Shown here: piece by piece, positions 1 through 7,659 of the stretch
Position numbering within the stretch: position 1 is the first letter of the stretch
Layout of the letters: each line of letters starts with the position of its first letter
Assembly: GCA_049599895.1 (NCBI GenBank)
Contig: JBMYPC010000072.1
Coordinates: 1-15,458, forward strand
Source of the DNA: Bacteriovoracaceae bacterium
GTDB lineage: Bacteria > Bdellovibrionota > Bacteriovoracia > Bacteriovoracales > Bacteriovoracaceae
Direction of reading: 5' to 3'
Length of the DNA stretch: 15,458 nucleotides
Translations under genes and position numbers: made by a program
Notes under the pieces: model-generated
Database searches by the model: none
Seen by the model: the letters and a program-made list of their open reading frames with translations, nothing else
Told to the model about the DNA's origin: nothing

Positions 1-1674
1 AATAAAATTAATAATGGTCTTATTGATTGGAAAGAAAAAACTAATCACCTCATCAATAAAGGAACTTTTCCAAAGTCAGCAAACCTTCGTGGTTTTCTTA
101 AAGGCATCGAAGATGATTTTGACTTTGATGTCGTCAACCTCAAACAGATTCAAAGCTTTCTTCCTTTAAAGAGAGTTTTCATTGATGACAACATTAAGAC
201 ATGGGTTCAAAAAGACTGGAATTCAGTTCAGACCAAAGCTCCTACTCTTTTTAAGGCCTTCTTCGATCTTCTCTATCTTTCCGATCGAAATGGGAAAGAA
301 AATTATAATAAGTTTCTTCTGTTCACACACAATATCAAAAGAGTCCGAAATCTCTTCGCCCCCATTGATGATACAGCGACACTTTTAAGTTTTAAGGAAA
401 TTTTCTTATTACTTGATAGCTTTCAAGACAAACTTGAAACGATTAAATTTATCCCCACTTTTAAGAACCTTTGGCGACGGCTTTTTCGAAGGCATGCCGA
501 TGAAATTACTTTAAGAGAGGGTGATTGGATTATCGACAAGTTCATTTCAACTTTTGAGAAAATAAGTTTTAATTCTTTTAGTTTTTCAATTCATCCTCGT
601 ATACAGATTCAAACCAATGTTATTAAAAACATCGAACTTAAAAGTGATCCATTCTACGAAAATTTCAATGGCGCGAAATACAAAGAATACAAAACCGAGT
701 TAACTAAAATCCTCAGTCGCCATCGTTATTACCTTAACAAAGAGGATGGAAAAGCCGTTTTTGATTATCCAATAGTAAGAAAAGAAAAAGGTCTCATCAC
801 TCTGACCTGGCTTAAGGTTATACTGGAAGAGTTCATTGCGGCCTACATGACAAAAGATGAACTTGTTCGCGATGATCGAAATATCAAACTCAATCGAAAA
901 GAACTCGAAGACCTACTCTTTGAATTTAAAAGCGTCCTTGAACCATTTGGACTCTGGTCAAAAAATCCTCCAAACTTTGCAAGAAACACTCTTTTAATGG
1001 GTGATCTCTTCCAGCACCTCTCAAATGGGGACATGCACTTAGACTCACTCGAAATTGTCGACTACGCAAACTCTGTACTTGCAGCAATGAATATGATGTA
1101 CGAGGTCCTCGATAAATATGAAAACTGGTGTCCAAACGTTGGAACAGCTGATGAGAAGGCCTATAATGTCTCTTGTTATAGACCAAAGTTTTTTGCGGTT
1201 CTTCTTAACAAACTTAAAAACAATCAGTATCTCCCCAATCTTTTAAAATTCTTATCTGCTTCAAACCAGAAAGAAAAAGATCAATATCTAGAAAGCGTTG
1301 AAAAGTTTGCTCGAGACTTCCCTGATGATCGAATCCCTATGGCAAAAAGAGATTTCGCTCTTGTCATTGGTTCTCTCATTAACATTGAGACGGCATTTCT
1401 TCGCTTCGACACAAATAAAGATAACATCATTGATTACGAAGAACTGAAAAAGTCCTTTCTTGTCTTCAAAGATGCGTTAATAGAACTTGCAGAGTTAACA
1501 AAAAAACAAGAAAAGTACGCTGAGTCTATTTTCTTTTACTTGATTAAATACAAAGAAATTCCATCAAAAACAGATCTCTTTCTTTTTCATTACAATCCCT
1601 TTAATGGGAAGAAAAAGCTTAAGGCAAAGCGATTGCACATTGGACTTATTCTTTACTATCTTGTAAATCAGTAG
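1..1674 (+). CDS. Large hypothetical protein with C-terminal EF-hand-like calcium-binding loop(s); 5' end lies outside the window (>=557 aa)
   Basis: Frame +1 reads open from base 1 (NKINNGLIDWKEKTNHL...) into the tracked 847..1674 ORF, so ATG847 is internal. Canonical 12-residue EF loop DTNKDNIIDYEE at 1408-1443 and a degenerate one, LSNGDMHLDSLE, at 1018-1053. Confidence 0.8.
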   Translation, partial: NKINNGLIDWKEKTNHLINKGTFPKSANLRGFLKGIEDDFDFDVVNLKQIQSFLPLKRVFIDDNIKTWVQKDWNSVQTKAPTLFKAFFDLLYLSDRNGKENYNKFLLFTHNIKRVRNLFAPIDDTATLLSFKEIFLLLDSFQDKLETIKFIPTFKNLWRRLFRRHADEITLREGDWIIDKFISTFEKISFNSFSFSIHPRIQIQTNVIKNIELKSDPFYENFNGAKYKEYKTELTKILSRHRYYLNKEDGKAVFDYPIVRKEKGLITLTWLKVILEEFIAAYMTKDELVRDDRNIKLNRKELEDLLFEFKSVLEPFGLWSKNPPNFARNTLLMGDLFQHLSNGDMHLDSLEIVDYANSVLAAMNMMYEVLDKYENWCPNVGTADEKAYNVSCYRPKFFAVLLNKLKNNQYLPNLLKFLSASNQKEKDQYLESVEKFARDFPDDRIPMAKRDFALVIGSLINIETAFLRFDTNKDNIIDYEELKKSFLVFKDALIELAELTKKQEKYAESIFFYLIKYKEIPSKTDLFLFHYNPFNGKKKLKAKRLHIGLILYYLVNQ

Positions 1675-1706
1675 CTCAGCACAAAAGTTATAAAGGATTA
1701 TATTAT

Positions 1707-2249
1707 ATGACATTAGAAGTCAGAATCAGCCAGTCTGTGGCCATCCTTATCGATGGCAATAATATTGAAAGAAGCATTCATGAGATTACAAAAAACCCCA
1801 ACTCGATGCTTAATTTTGATTCTTTGATTCCTAAACTCTTAGAGAATCGAGGGCTCAATCGTTTGATCTATTTTCGAGAGGGAAAAAACATCTCTTCAAA
1901 GCTAGCCGAAAGGCTTCATTCAAAATATCACGGATCAGTAAGGCCTTGCCATAAGAGTGCCGACATTCCTCTTTCCATTAAGGCCACTCAGCTCGCATCG
2001 AAAGTTGATACGATCATCATTCTTTCGGGTGATAGTGATTATATTGAAACTGTTCGCCACCTAAAATCTGAAGGGGTGCGTATTGAAATCGCATCTGTTG
2101 AAAAAACGACTTCTCAACTTTTAGTCGATGAAGCTGATTATTTTCATCCTATCACCAGTGAAGATTGGTTTAGCCTTTCTCCAAAAAGAGCAACGAAAAG
2201 AACCACAAGAAAGAAAACCAGTAAAAAGAAAGCGACTAAGAAGGCCTAG
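1707..2249 (+). CDS. NYN domain (LabA/DUF88, PIN-fold) predicted ribonuclease with a Lys/Arg-rich C-terminal tail
   Basis: Motifs AILIDGNN, K-S-A-D-I, IILSGDSDY and L...AD.F are typical of NYN proteins. SD-like AAGGA 9 nt upstream of ATG. Confidence 0.88.
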   Translation: MTLEVRISQSVAILIDGNNIERSIHEITKNPNSMLNFDSLIPKLLENRGLNRLIYFREGKNISSKLAERLHSKYHGSVRPCHKSADIPLSIKATQLASKVDTIIILSGDSDYIETVRHLKSEGVRIEIASVEKTTSQLLVDEADYFHPITSEDWFSLSPKRATKRTTRKKTSKKKATKKA

Positions 2250-3790
2250 GCCATTCCCGTCATAAAAGTTCCTCCAAATTCACTTGGAGGTAACATGATT
2301 GGTGAAAATGGCGCAGGGGCTTGATTAAAAGCACCGTCGTAATCATAAAGAGGATCAGCAACATCATTTCCTGCATAATAATCATCGTCCTCATCAACAG
2401 GATTGGCCTCATCTTCTTCTCGTTCATCTAACGTACAACCTGCACCTTCTTCTTTAGCACAATCAATGTTCGGAGAAAAAGTCTCCTCAGCAAGAGTTTC
2501 ACCATCTGATTCAAAGCTCACTGTTACTGAATAAGTCTTAGTTCGTTTGAGATGATAAAAAGGCTCTTCTTTTCCATCACCATTACAGTCTTTTTTGTTT
2601 TTACTACATACCCACTTAAACTCACCTTCAGCCTCTTCTGAACCAGGACCTTCAAGTTCCGCTTCATATCTGGCTTTATCATCAGACTTATCAACCTCTA
2701 TTCGAGTCACGACGATCTTTAATTTATCTTCATCATCAGGATCATTCTCGTCTGGATCTTTTTCTTCTGGGTCTTCTGGATCAGGCTCCTCTGTTGGCTC
2801 AGCTTCTGGCTCTTCACAAGTAGGTTTTTCATCCGCCTCAAAACTATATTTTGAAAGCTTTAGGGTCACGGCCTCAGAAGGACAGAACTTATTAAATTCT
2901 TGAAGAAGGCAATAAGCTTTAGATTTCTCTTCAATATTTTTGGCCTTAATAGAGGCCAAGGAGACGAGAACATCACCAAAATTATTATCTTTATCGAATG
3001 TACACTCACTAGTACAAATAGCATGGACGAGATCTTTATCATCATCAGCATCGGTAAGATCTTCTAATTCAGTCAGAAGATGAAAAGTGGTGCTTCTTAA
3101 AAGATTCAGTTTGTTTTTATCAAGATCAAGAGTGTAGGCCCCTAAAAGATCAGAAAGCTTAATATATTGATCTTCCCCTACTGAAACATAAGCAAAGTTC
3201 TGAGCATTTTCTTCAACACTTTCTTTTCGATAAATCAGCTGAAGAAGCCCAGGGCTTTGCTCATCTTTATTCAAAAGAATTTGAGAGAAGTTCTCGATTT
3301 CGTGATCGTTGTCATCATGAGTCTTAAGAAGGTTTGCTAAAATCTCAAGAGTCAGTGCCTCGTCAGAACTTTCTGATTCCCCTTCATCTTCACTTTCATC
3401 GCCTTCGGACTTCTTTTCGTTTTCATAGGCTTTTGAAACCATATCGAGAAATCTCTCGGCGATAATAATGCCATTGATTTGAATGCTCTTTCCTGCTTCT
3501 AGGGTTCCTGACTCCACAAGTTCAAACTTTGCATTTTTTTGGTCAGGATTCTCTGCTTCAGGTTTTTTTGCTGAGAAGAATTTAAATGAAGTTGAGTCAC
3601 CATCATCAATCGTAAGTTCAATATTAGTTGTGTTGTTTTCAATTTTTGAATCAAGATCAAAGAAAGGGGCTTTAGGAGTTTCTGTCGGCTCAGTAGTTTC
3701 TGTTGCCGCAGGTGCTTCTGTCGGATCTATCTTCTGCGCGGATGCGAGAAAAGACCCTAATAAAAATGTTAAAATTAAAACCGACTTCAT
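2246..3790 (-). CDS. Secreted acidic hypothetical protein (~514 aa) with Cys-containing segments, a Pro/Glu/Asp linker and a beta-rich (Ig/PKD-like?) C-terminal domain
   Basis: Start moved from the tracked 3901, which overlaps the Nudix gene, to ATG3790. This gives signal peptide MKSVLILTFLLGSFLASA|QK and places the ATG just after a sigma28-like promoter. Its stop overlaps the NYN stop (CTAG, 2246-2249). Confidence 0.75.
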   Translation of the reverse strand: MKSVLILTFLLGSFLASAQKIDPTEAPAATETTEPTETPKAPFFDLDSKIENNTTNIELTIDDGDSTSFKFFSAKKPEAENPDQKNAKFELVESGTLEAGKSIQINGIIIAERFLDMVSKAYENEKKSEGDESEDEGESESSDEALTLEILANLLKTHDDNDHEIENFSQILLNKDEQSPGLLQLIYRKESVEENAQNFAYVSVGEDQYIKLSDLLGAYTLDLDKNKLNLLRSTTFHLLTELEDLTDADDDKDLVHAICTSECTFDKDNNFGDVLVSLASIKAKNIEEKSKAYCLLQEFNKFCPSEAVTLKLSKYSFEADEKPTCEEPEAEPTEEPDPEDPEEKDPDENDPDDEDKLKIVVTRIEVDKSDDKARYEAELEGPGSEEAEGEFKWVCSKNKKDCNGDGKEEPFYHLKRTKTYSVTVSFESDGETLAEETFSPNIDCAKEEGAGCTLDEREEDEANPVDEDDDYYAGNDVADPLYDYDGAFNQAPAPFSPIMLPPSEFGGTFMTGMA

Positions 3791-3799
3791 TACAACGAC

Positions 3800-3828
3800 A
3801 TATCGGCTTTTTTTGAAAAAAACTATAG
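3800..3828 (-). promoter_or_regulatory. Putative sigma28 (FliA) promoter for the secreted acidic protein
   Basis: Minus strand reads CTATA-gtttttttcaaaaaaa-GCCGATAT versus consensus (C)TAAA-N15-GCCGATAA/T. The -10 box is a full match, the -35 box has one mismatch and the spacer is 16. ATG follows 9 nt later. Confidence 0.65.
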
Positions 3829-3855
3829 CCAAACAGACTATATAAAGCTTTGAAA

Positions 3856-4386
3856 TTATAGGTTTTTCTGAGAAAAATAGCGCTGAAAGGCACAGACACA
3901 TAAAGCGTGGTGAATCTCTTCTGAACTCAACATCTGCTCTATATCGGCCTTGGGTCTTAAAAGAATTTCGATCTCTTCAAAAGGATCCAAGTTTTGCTCA
4001 CTCTTTTTCTCGCAATCAAGGGCCACGTAGAAATGACAAAAGTTTGAAATAAAAGCTGGGTTCGGTGTGACTTTTCCCATATAAGTCCAATTCTCACTCA
4101 CAAAGCCCGTCTCTTCTTCAAGTTCTCTTTTTGCTGCAACAAGTGGCTCTTCGTTTTTTTCAATGGTACCAGCAGGAACTTCAAGTGTCATATCATCAAT
4201 CCCATGACGATACTGCTTCACAAGAATGACCTCTTGATCCTTAGTGATCGCCACGACATTGACCCAATCAGGACATTCAAGAAGATCAAAGTTTCCAGTC
4301 TTCTTGGTTTTATAAGATTCTCTTTGAACCTCGTAATGAGTAAAACAAAAAGCTTTCGCCTTTAAAGTTCTTCCAAGTGTTTTCAT
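3856..4386 (-). CDS. Nudix hydrolase (ADP-ribose pyrophosphatase-like)
   Basis: Nudix box GTIEKNEEPLVAAKRELEEETGF, plus LVKQYRH...LEVPAG and the downstream P(N)P motif of ADPRase-like subfamilies. Confidence 0.92.
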   Translation of the reverse strand: MKTLGRTLKAKAFCFTHYEVQRESYKTKKTGNFDLLECPDWVNVVAITKDQEVILVKQYRHGIDDMTLEVPAGTIEKNEEPLVAAKRELEEETGFVSENWTYMGKVTPNPAFISNFCHFYVALDCEKKSEQNLDPFEEIEILLRPKADIEQMLSSEEIHHALCVCAFQRYFSQKNL

Positions 4387-4395
4387 AAGGGCCTT

Positions 4396-5022
4396 TTAAA
4401 AGTCGATTAAATCATCAGATTTTATGCCTTTGAATGATTGTTTAAGCTCTTCATTAAATTCATCGCGCTTTCTCAGAAATTCTTTGAGTCTCTCTTGTCC
4501 AATGAGATCAGAGAGTTTTTCATAATACTTTTTTCGAAGACGGTCCATCACTTCATTATCAAAGTCATTAATCTGGTATTTATAGTTCGCACCTTTTTTT
4601 TGTTCCTGATTGTCATGAAAATCATCGAGACCAGAGAGTGCTTCTTTTTCAAATTCATCTCTAAGTTTAAGATAGTCTTTGAACACTTGAGCTTTGATTC
4701 CCCAGTCTTCAAACGTATCTCTTACTCGTTCAAGCCATTCTCTTTCGTTTCTTGCAAATCGCTCTTCAAGCTCATCCGCTTCATCATCTGAAAAATACTC
4801 TTTGCTCCCAATTGGCATCGAATCTGTGCCACCTTGCTCATTATGAGAAATATCAGTCATCGCTAATTTTGCCTTTATAGCTTCTCTTTGTTTGGGATTC
4901 ATCCGAATGCCACGATTCTCTTCATATTCCTTAGGCTCCTTCTCAACCCAAAACAGACGAAGGATTAAAAAGGAAACGAAAAGAAAGGCCAAAAAAAGTT
5001 TGATTTTTTTTGATGTGGCCAT
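4396..5022 (-). CDS. Hypothetical protein with an N-terminal membrane anchor and a charged helical body
   Basis: 208-aa ORF starting 3 nt after the lpdA stop. Hydrophobic segment LFLAFLFVSFLILRLFWV follows a basic N-terminus. Confidence 0.8.
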   Translation of the reverse strand: MATSKKIKLFLAFLFVSFLILRLFWVEKEPKEYEENRGIRMNPKQREAIKAKLAMTDISHNEQGGTDSMPIGSKEYFSDDEADELEERFARNEREWLERVRDTFEDWGIKAQVFKDYLKLRDEFEKEALSGLDDFHDNQEQKKGANYKYQINDFDNEVMDRLRKKYYEKLSDLIGQERLKEFLRKRDEFNEELKQSFKGIKSDDLIDF

Positions 5023-5025
5023 GAT

Positions 5026-6426
5026 TTAGATATGGAGAGCTCTATCCTCTGTCGCTGCAAGACAAGCTTCTTTAAAAGCTTCAGTGTATGTCGGGTGAGC
5101 GTGACAGATCCTTGCAACATCTTCAGCAGATGCCCTAAACTCCATCGCTGTCACAGCTTGAGCAATCATATCTGCACACCGAGGACCAATCATATGAACC
5201 CCTAGGATCTCATCAGTCTCTTTATGGGCCAAAACTTTGATAAGCCCATCCCCTTCATTACTTGCTCTCGCTCGACCAGAAGCTTTAAAGGGAAAACTTC
5301 CTTTTTTATAAGGCACACCTTCTGACTTAAGCTCTACTTCAGTCTTTCCCACAGCTGCCACTTCAGGCCAAGTATAAACAACACCTGGAATAAGATTATA
5401 ATCCACATGAGGTTTTTGTCCCGCAATTAACTCAGCAACATAAACCCCTTCTTCTTCAGCTTTATGAGCAAGCATCGCTCCTTTGGTCACATCTCCAATA
5501 GCGTAGATATGAGGAACTGATGTTTGAAGATTGTGATTGGTTGGAACCTTTCCTCTGTCATCAACAGAAAGTCCTGCATTTTCAAGTCCAAGCCCTTCTG
5601 TATAAGGTCTTCTTCCAACGGCCATAAGACAATAATCAGCCTCAAGGACAACTTCTTTCTCTGTCTTAAGAGCTTTCGCTGTCACCTTCACTCTTTTTCC
5701 GTTAACTTCAACACTTTGAACCGCAGTTGAAAGATGAAATTCAACCCCTTCTTTTTTCATCGTTTTTTGAAGGTTTTTAGAGAGGTCTTTGTCCATAGTG
5801 GCGATAATAGAGTCCGCAAACTCAACAACGCTAACTTTCGCTCCTAATCTTGTAAAAACAGAGCCCATTTCAAGACCAATCACTCCTCCACCAACGACAA
5901 CAATTTCATTTGGCTTTTCTTTAAGATAAAGAGCTTCTGTACTTGTAATGACTCTCTCTTTATCAATGGCAATATTAGGAAGACTCGCAGGCTTTGAACC
6001 AGTAGCAATAACAATATTTTTTGCTTTAATAGTCTGCTCACTCTCACCTGAAACCTTGATTGTGTTTGCATCAACAAAGCTTCCAACACCTGTCAGAACA
6101 TCAATTTTATTCTTTTTCATTAAAAATTGAACACCACCGCAAGTGTCAGAGACGACCTTCTCGACTCTTTCACGCATTTTACCAAAGTTAAGACCAACGT
6201 CTTTCACTTCAATTCCATGATCTTGAAAGTGATGAACAGAATCGTAATATCTCTCAGATGAATCAAGCCAGGCTTTTGAAGGAATACACCCGACATTAAG
6301 ACATGTCCCCCCAAGAGTTTTATATTTTTCAATAACAGCTGTTTTAAAACCTAGCTGGGCACAACGAAGAGCACACACATAGCCACCGGGACCAGAGCCA
6401 ATTACGACTACATCATATTCAGTCAT
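5026..6426 (-). CDS. lpdA: Dihydrolipoamide dehydrogenase (E3)
   Basis: FAD motif GSGPGG, redox disulfide GGTCLNVGCIPSK, NAD motif GGGVIGLE and C-terminal HAHPTYTE. Directly follows sucB. Confidence 0.98.
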   Translation of the reverse strand: MTEYDVVVIGSGPGGYVCALRCAQLGFKTAVIEKYKTLGGTCLNVGCIPSKAWLDSSERYYDSVHHFQDHGIEVKDVGLNFGKMRERVEKVVSDTCGGVQFLMKKNKIDVLTGVGSFVDANTIKVSGESEQTIKAKNIVIATGSKPASLPNIAIDKERVITSTEALYLKEKPNEIVVVGGGVIGLEMGSVFTRLGAKVSVVEFADSIIATMDKDLSKNLQKTMKKEGVEFHLSTAVQSVEVNGKRVKVTAKALKTEKEVVLEADYCLMAVGRRPYTEGLGLENAGLSVDDRGKVPTNHNLQTSVPHIYAIGDVTKGAMLAHKAEEEGVYVAELIAGQKPHVDYNLIPGVVYTWPEVAAVGKTEVELKSEGVPYKKGSFPFKASGRARASNEGDGLIKVLAHKETDEILGVHMIGPRCADMIAQAVTAMEFRASAEDVARICHAHPTYTEAFKEACLAATEDRALHI

Positions 6427-6427
6427 T

Positions 6428-7639
6428 TTAAACTCCGATTAACATTCGCGAAGGATCTTCAAGGTATTCTTTGACTCTTTTTAAGAAAGTCACCGACTCT
6501 CTTCCATCAACAATTCGGTGATCATAACTTAAGGCCAGGTACATAATAGGTCTAATTTTGACTTCCCCATTTACGGCGACAGGTCTTTGAACAATATTAT
6601 GCATTCCTAAAATCGCTGATTGAGGAATGTTAATAATAGGAGTTGAAAGCATTGAACCAAAAATCCCACCATTGGTAATAGTGAAAGTTCCTCCTTGCAT
6701 TTCATCAAGACTCAGTTTTCCTTCACGTCCTTTCATGGCAAGACGAATGATCTCTTTTTCAATTTCATGAAGAGAAAGAGATTCAGCATTTCGAATTACA
6801 GGAACAACAAGCCCCTTAGGTGTTGAAACCGCAATCCCCACATCCATATAGTCGTGATAAACAATCTCTTCACCACTAATTTGAGCATTAACTCCTGGAA
6901 CCTCTTTAAGGGCAAGACAACAAGCTTTGGTGAAAAAAGACATAAAACCTAATCCCACTTCAAATTTATCTTTAAAAGATTCTTTGTATTTTTTCCTGAT
7001 GTCCATGACTGCAGACATATCAACTTCATTAAAAGTCGTAAGCATCGCCGTTTCATTTTTTGCTTCAACAAGTCTTTTGGCGATAGTCTTTCTTAAACGA
7101 GTCATCTTTTCAGTTCGAACACCTCTTCCCCCTGCTTGTGGAGGAGCCGTTTCAGCTGCTGGCATTGAAACAACATTATTAGAAGCAGGCTTCGCTGATG
7201 CCCCTAGAGCGTCGGCTTTCGTAATTCTTCCATCTTTTCCGGTACCACTGACATCATTTGAACTCACGCCTTTCTCATCAAGAATTTTACGAGCCGCTGG
7301 ACTCGCTATCCCTGCGCCACTATTTGATGAAGGCGCCGGTGTTGCGGGTGCAGCTTCTACAGGAGCGGGAGTATCTTCTTTTGGAGCCGCTCCCGCTGAA
7401 GCTTCTCCACTTGGATCGAGTTGAGCGATAACTGCACCAATTTCTAGTTCAGCGCCTTCTTCCGCCATAATTTTAAGAGTTCCCGAAGACTCTGCTGGAA
7501 GTTCTACTGTTGCTTTATCTGATTCGATTTCACAAAGAAGATCACCTTCAGCAATATACTCACCATCGGTCTTTAACCAACTGGTCAAAGTGACCTCTGT
7601 AATCGACTCTCCGATTGAAGGTATTTTAATATCAATCAT
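6428..7639 (-). CDS. sucB: 2-oxoglutarate dehydrogenase E2, dihydrolipoyllysine-residue succinyltransferase
   Basis: Lipoyl domain (IESDKAT), E3-binding domain (ASPAARK...[12 protein letters not shown]), [11 protein letters not shown] and catalytic YDHRIVDG. Confidence 0.97.
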   Translation of the reverse strand: MIDIKIPSIGESITEVTLTSWLKTDGEYIAEGDLLCEIESDKATVELPAESSGTLKIMAEEGAELEIGAVIAQLDPSGEASAGAAPKEDTPAPVEAAPATPAPSSNSGAGIASPAARKILDEKGVSSNDVSGTGKDGRITKADALGASAKPASNNVVSMPAAETAPPQAGGRGVRTEKMTRLRKTIAKRLVEAKNETAMLTTFNEVDMSAVMDIRKKYKESFKDKFEVGLGFMSFFTKACCLALKEVPGVNAQISGEEIVYHDYMDVGIAVSTPKGLVVPVIRNAESLSLHEIEKEIIRLAMKGREGKLSLDEMQGGTFTITNGGIFGSMLSTPIINIPQSAILGMHNIVQRPVAVNGEVKIRPIMYLALSYDHRIVDGRESVTFLKRVKEYLEDPSRMLIGV

Positions 7640-7659
7640 GATTTATCCTTTTCTATGAT

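Noticed and set aside
2595..2903. Ser-rich + strand ORF and other short shadow ORFs (182..388, 3483..3845, 4438..4791, 6927..7424, 10744..11004, 11264..11473 and similar)
   Set aside because: These are antisense or alternate-frame shadows of real genes, or they run through regulatory DNA. None has a recognisable motif.
3791..3901. Longer start for the secreted acidic protein
   Set aside because: It overlaps the Nudix gene and buries the signal peptide. A sigma28-like promoter occupies this stretch.
3856..6426. lpdA, the hypothetical gene and the Nudix gene are all in one reading frame separated by single TAA codons (read-through or recoding?)
   Set aside because: This is expected by chance about 1 time in 9. 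TAA is a strong stop and lpdA ends at its normal C-terminus.
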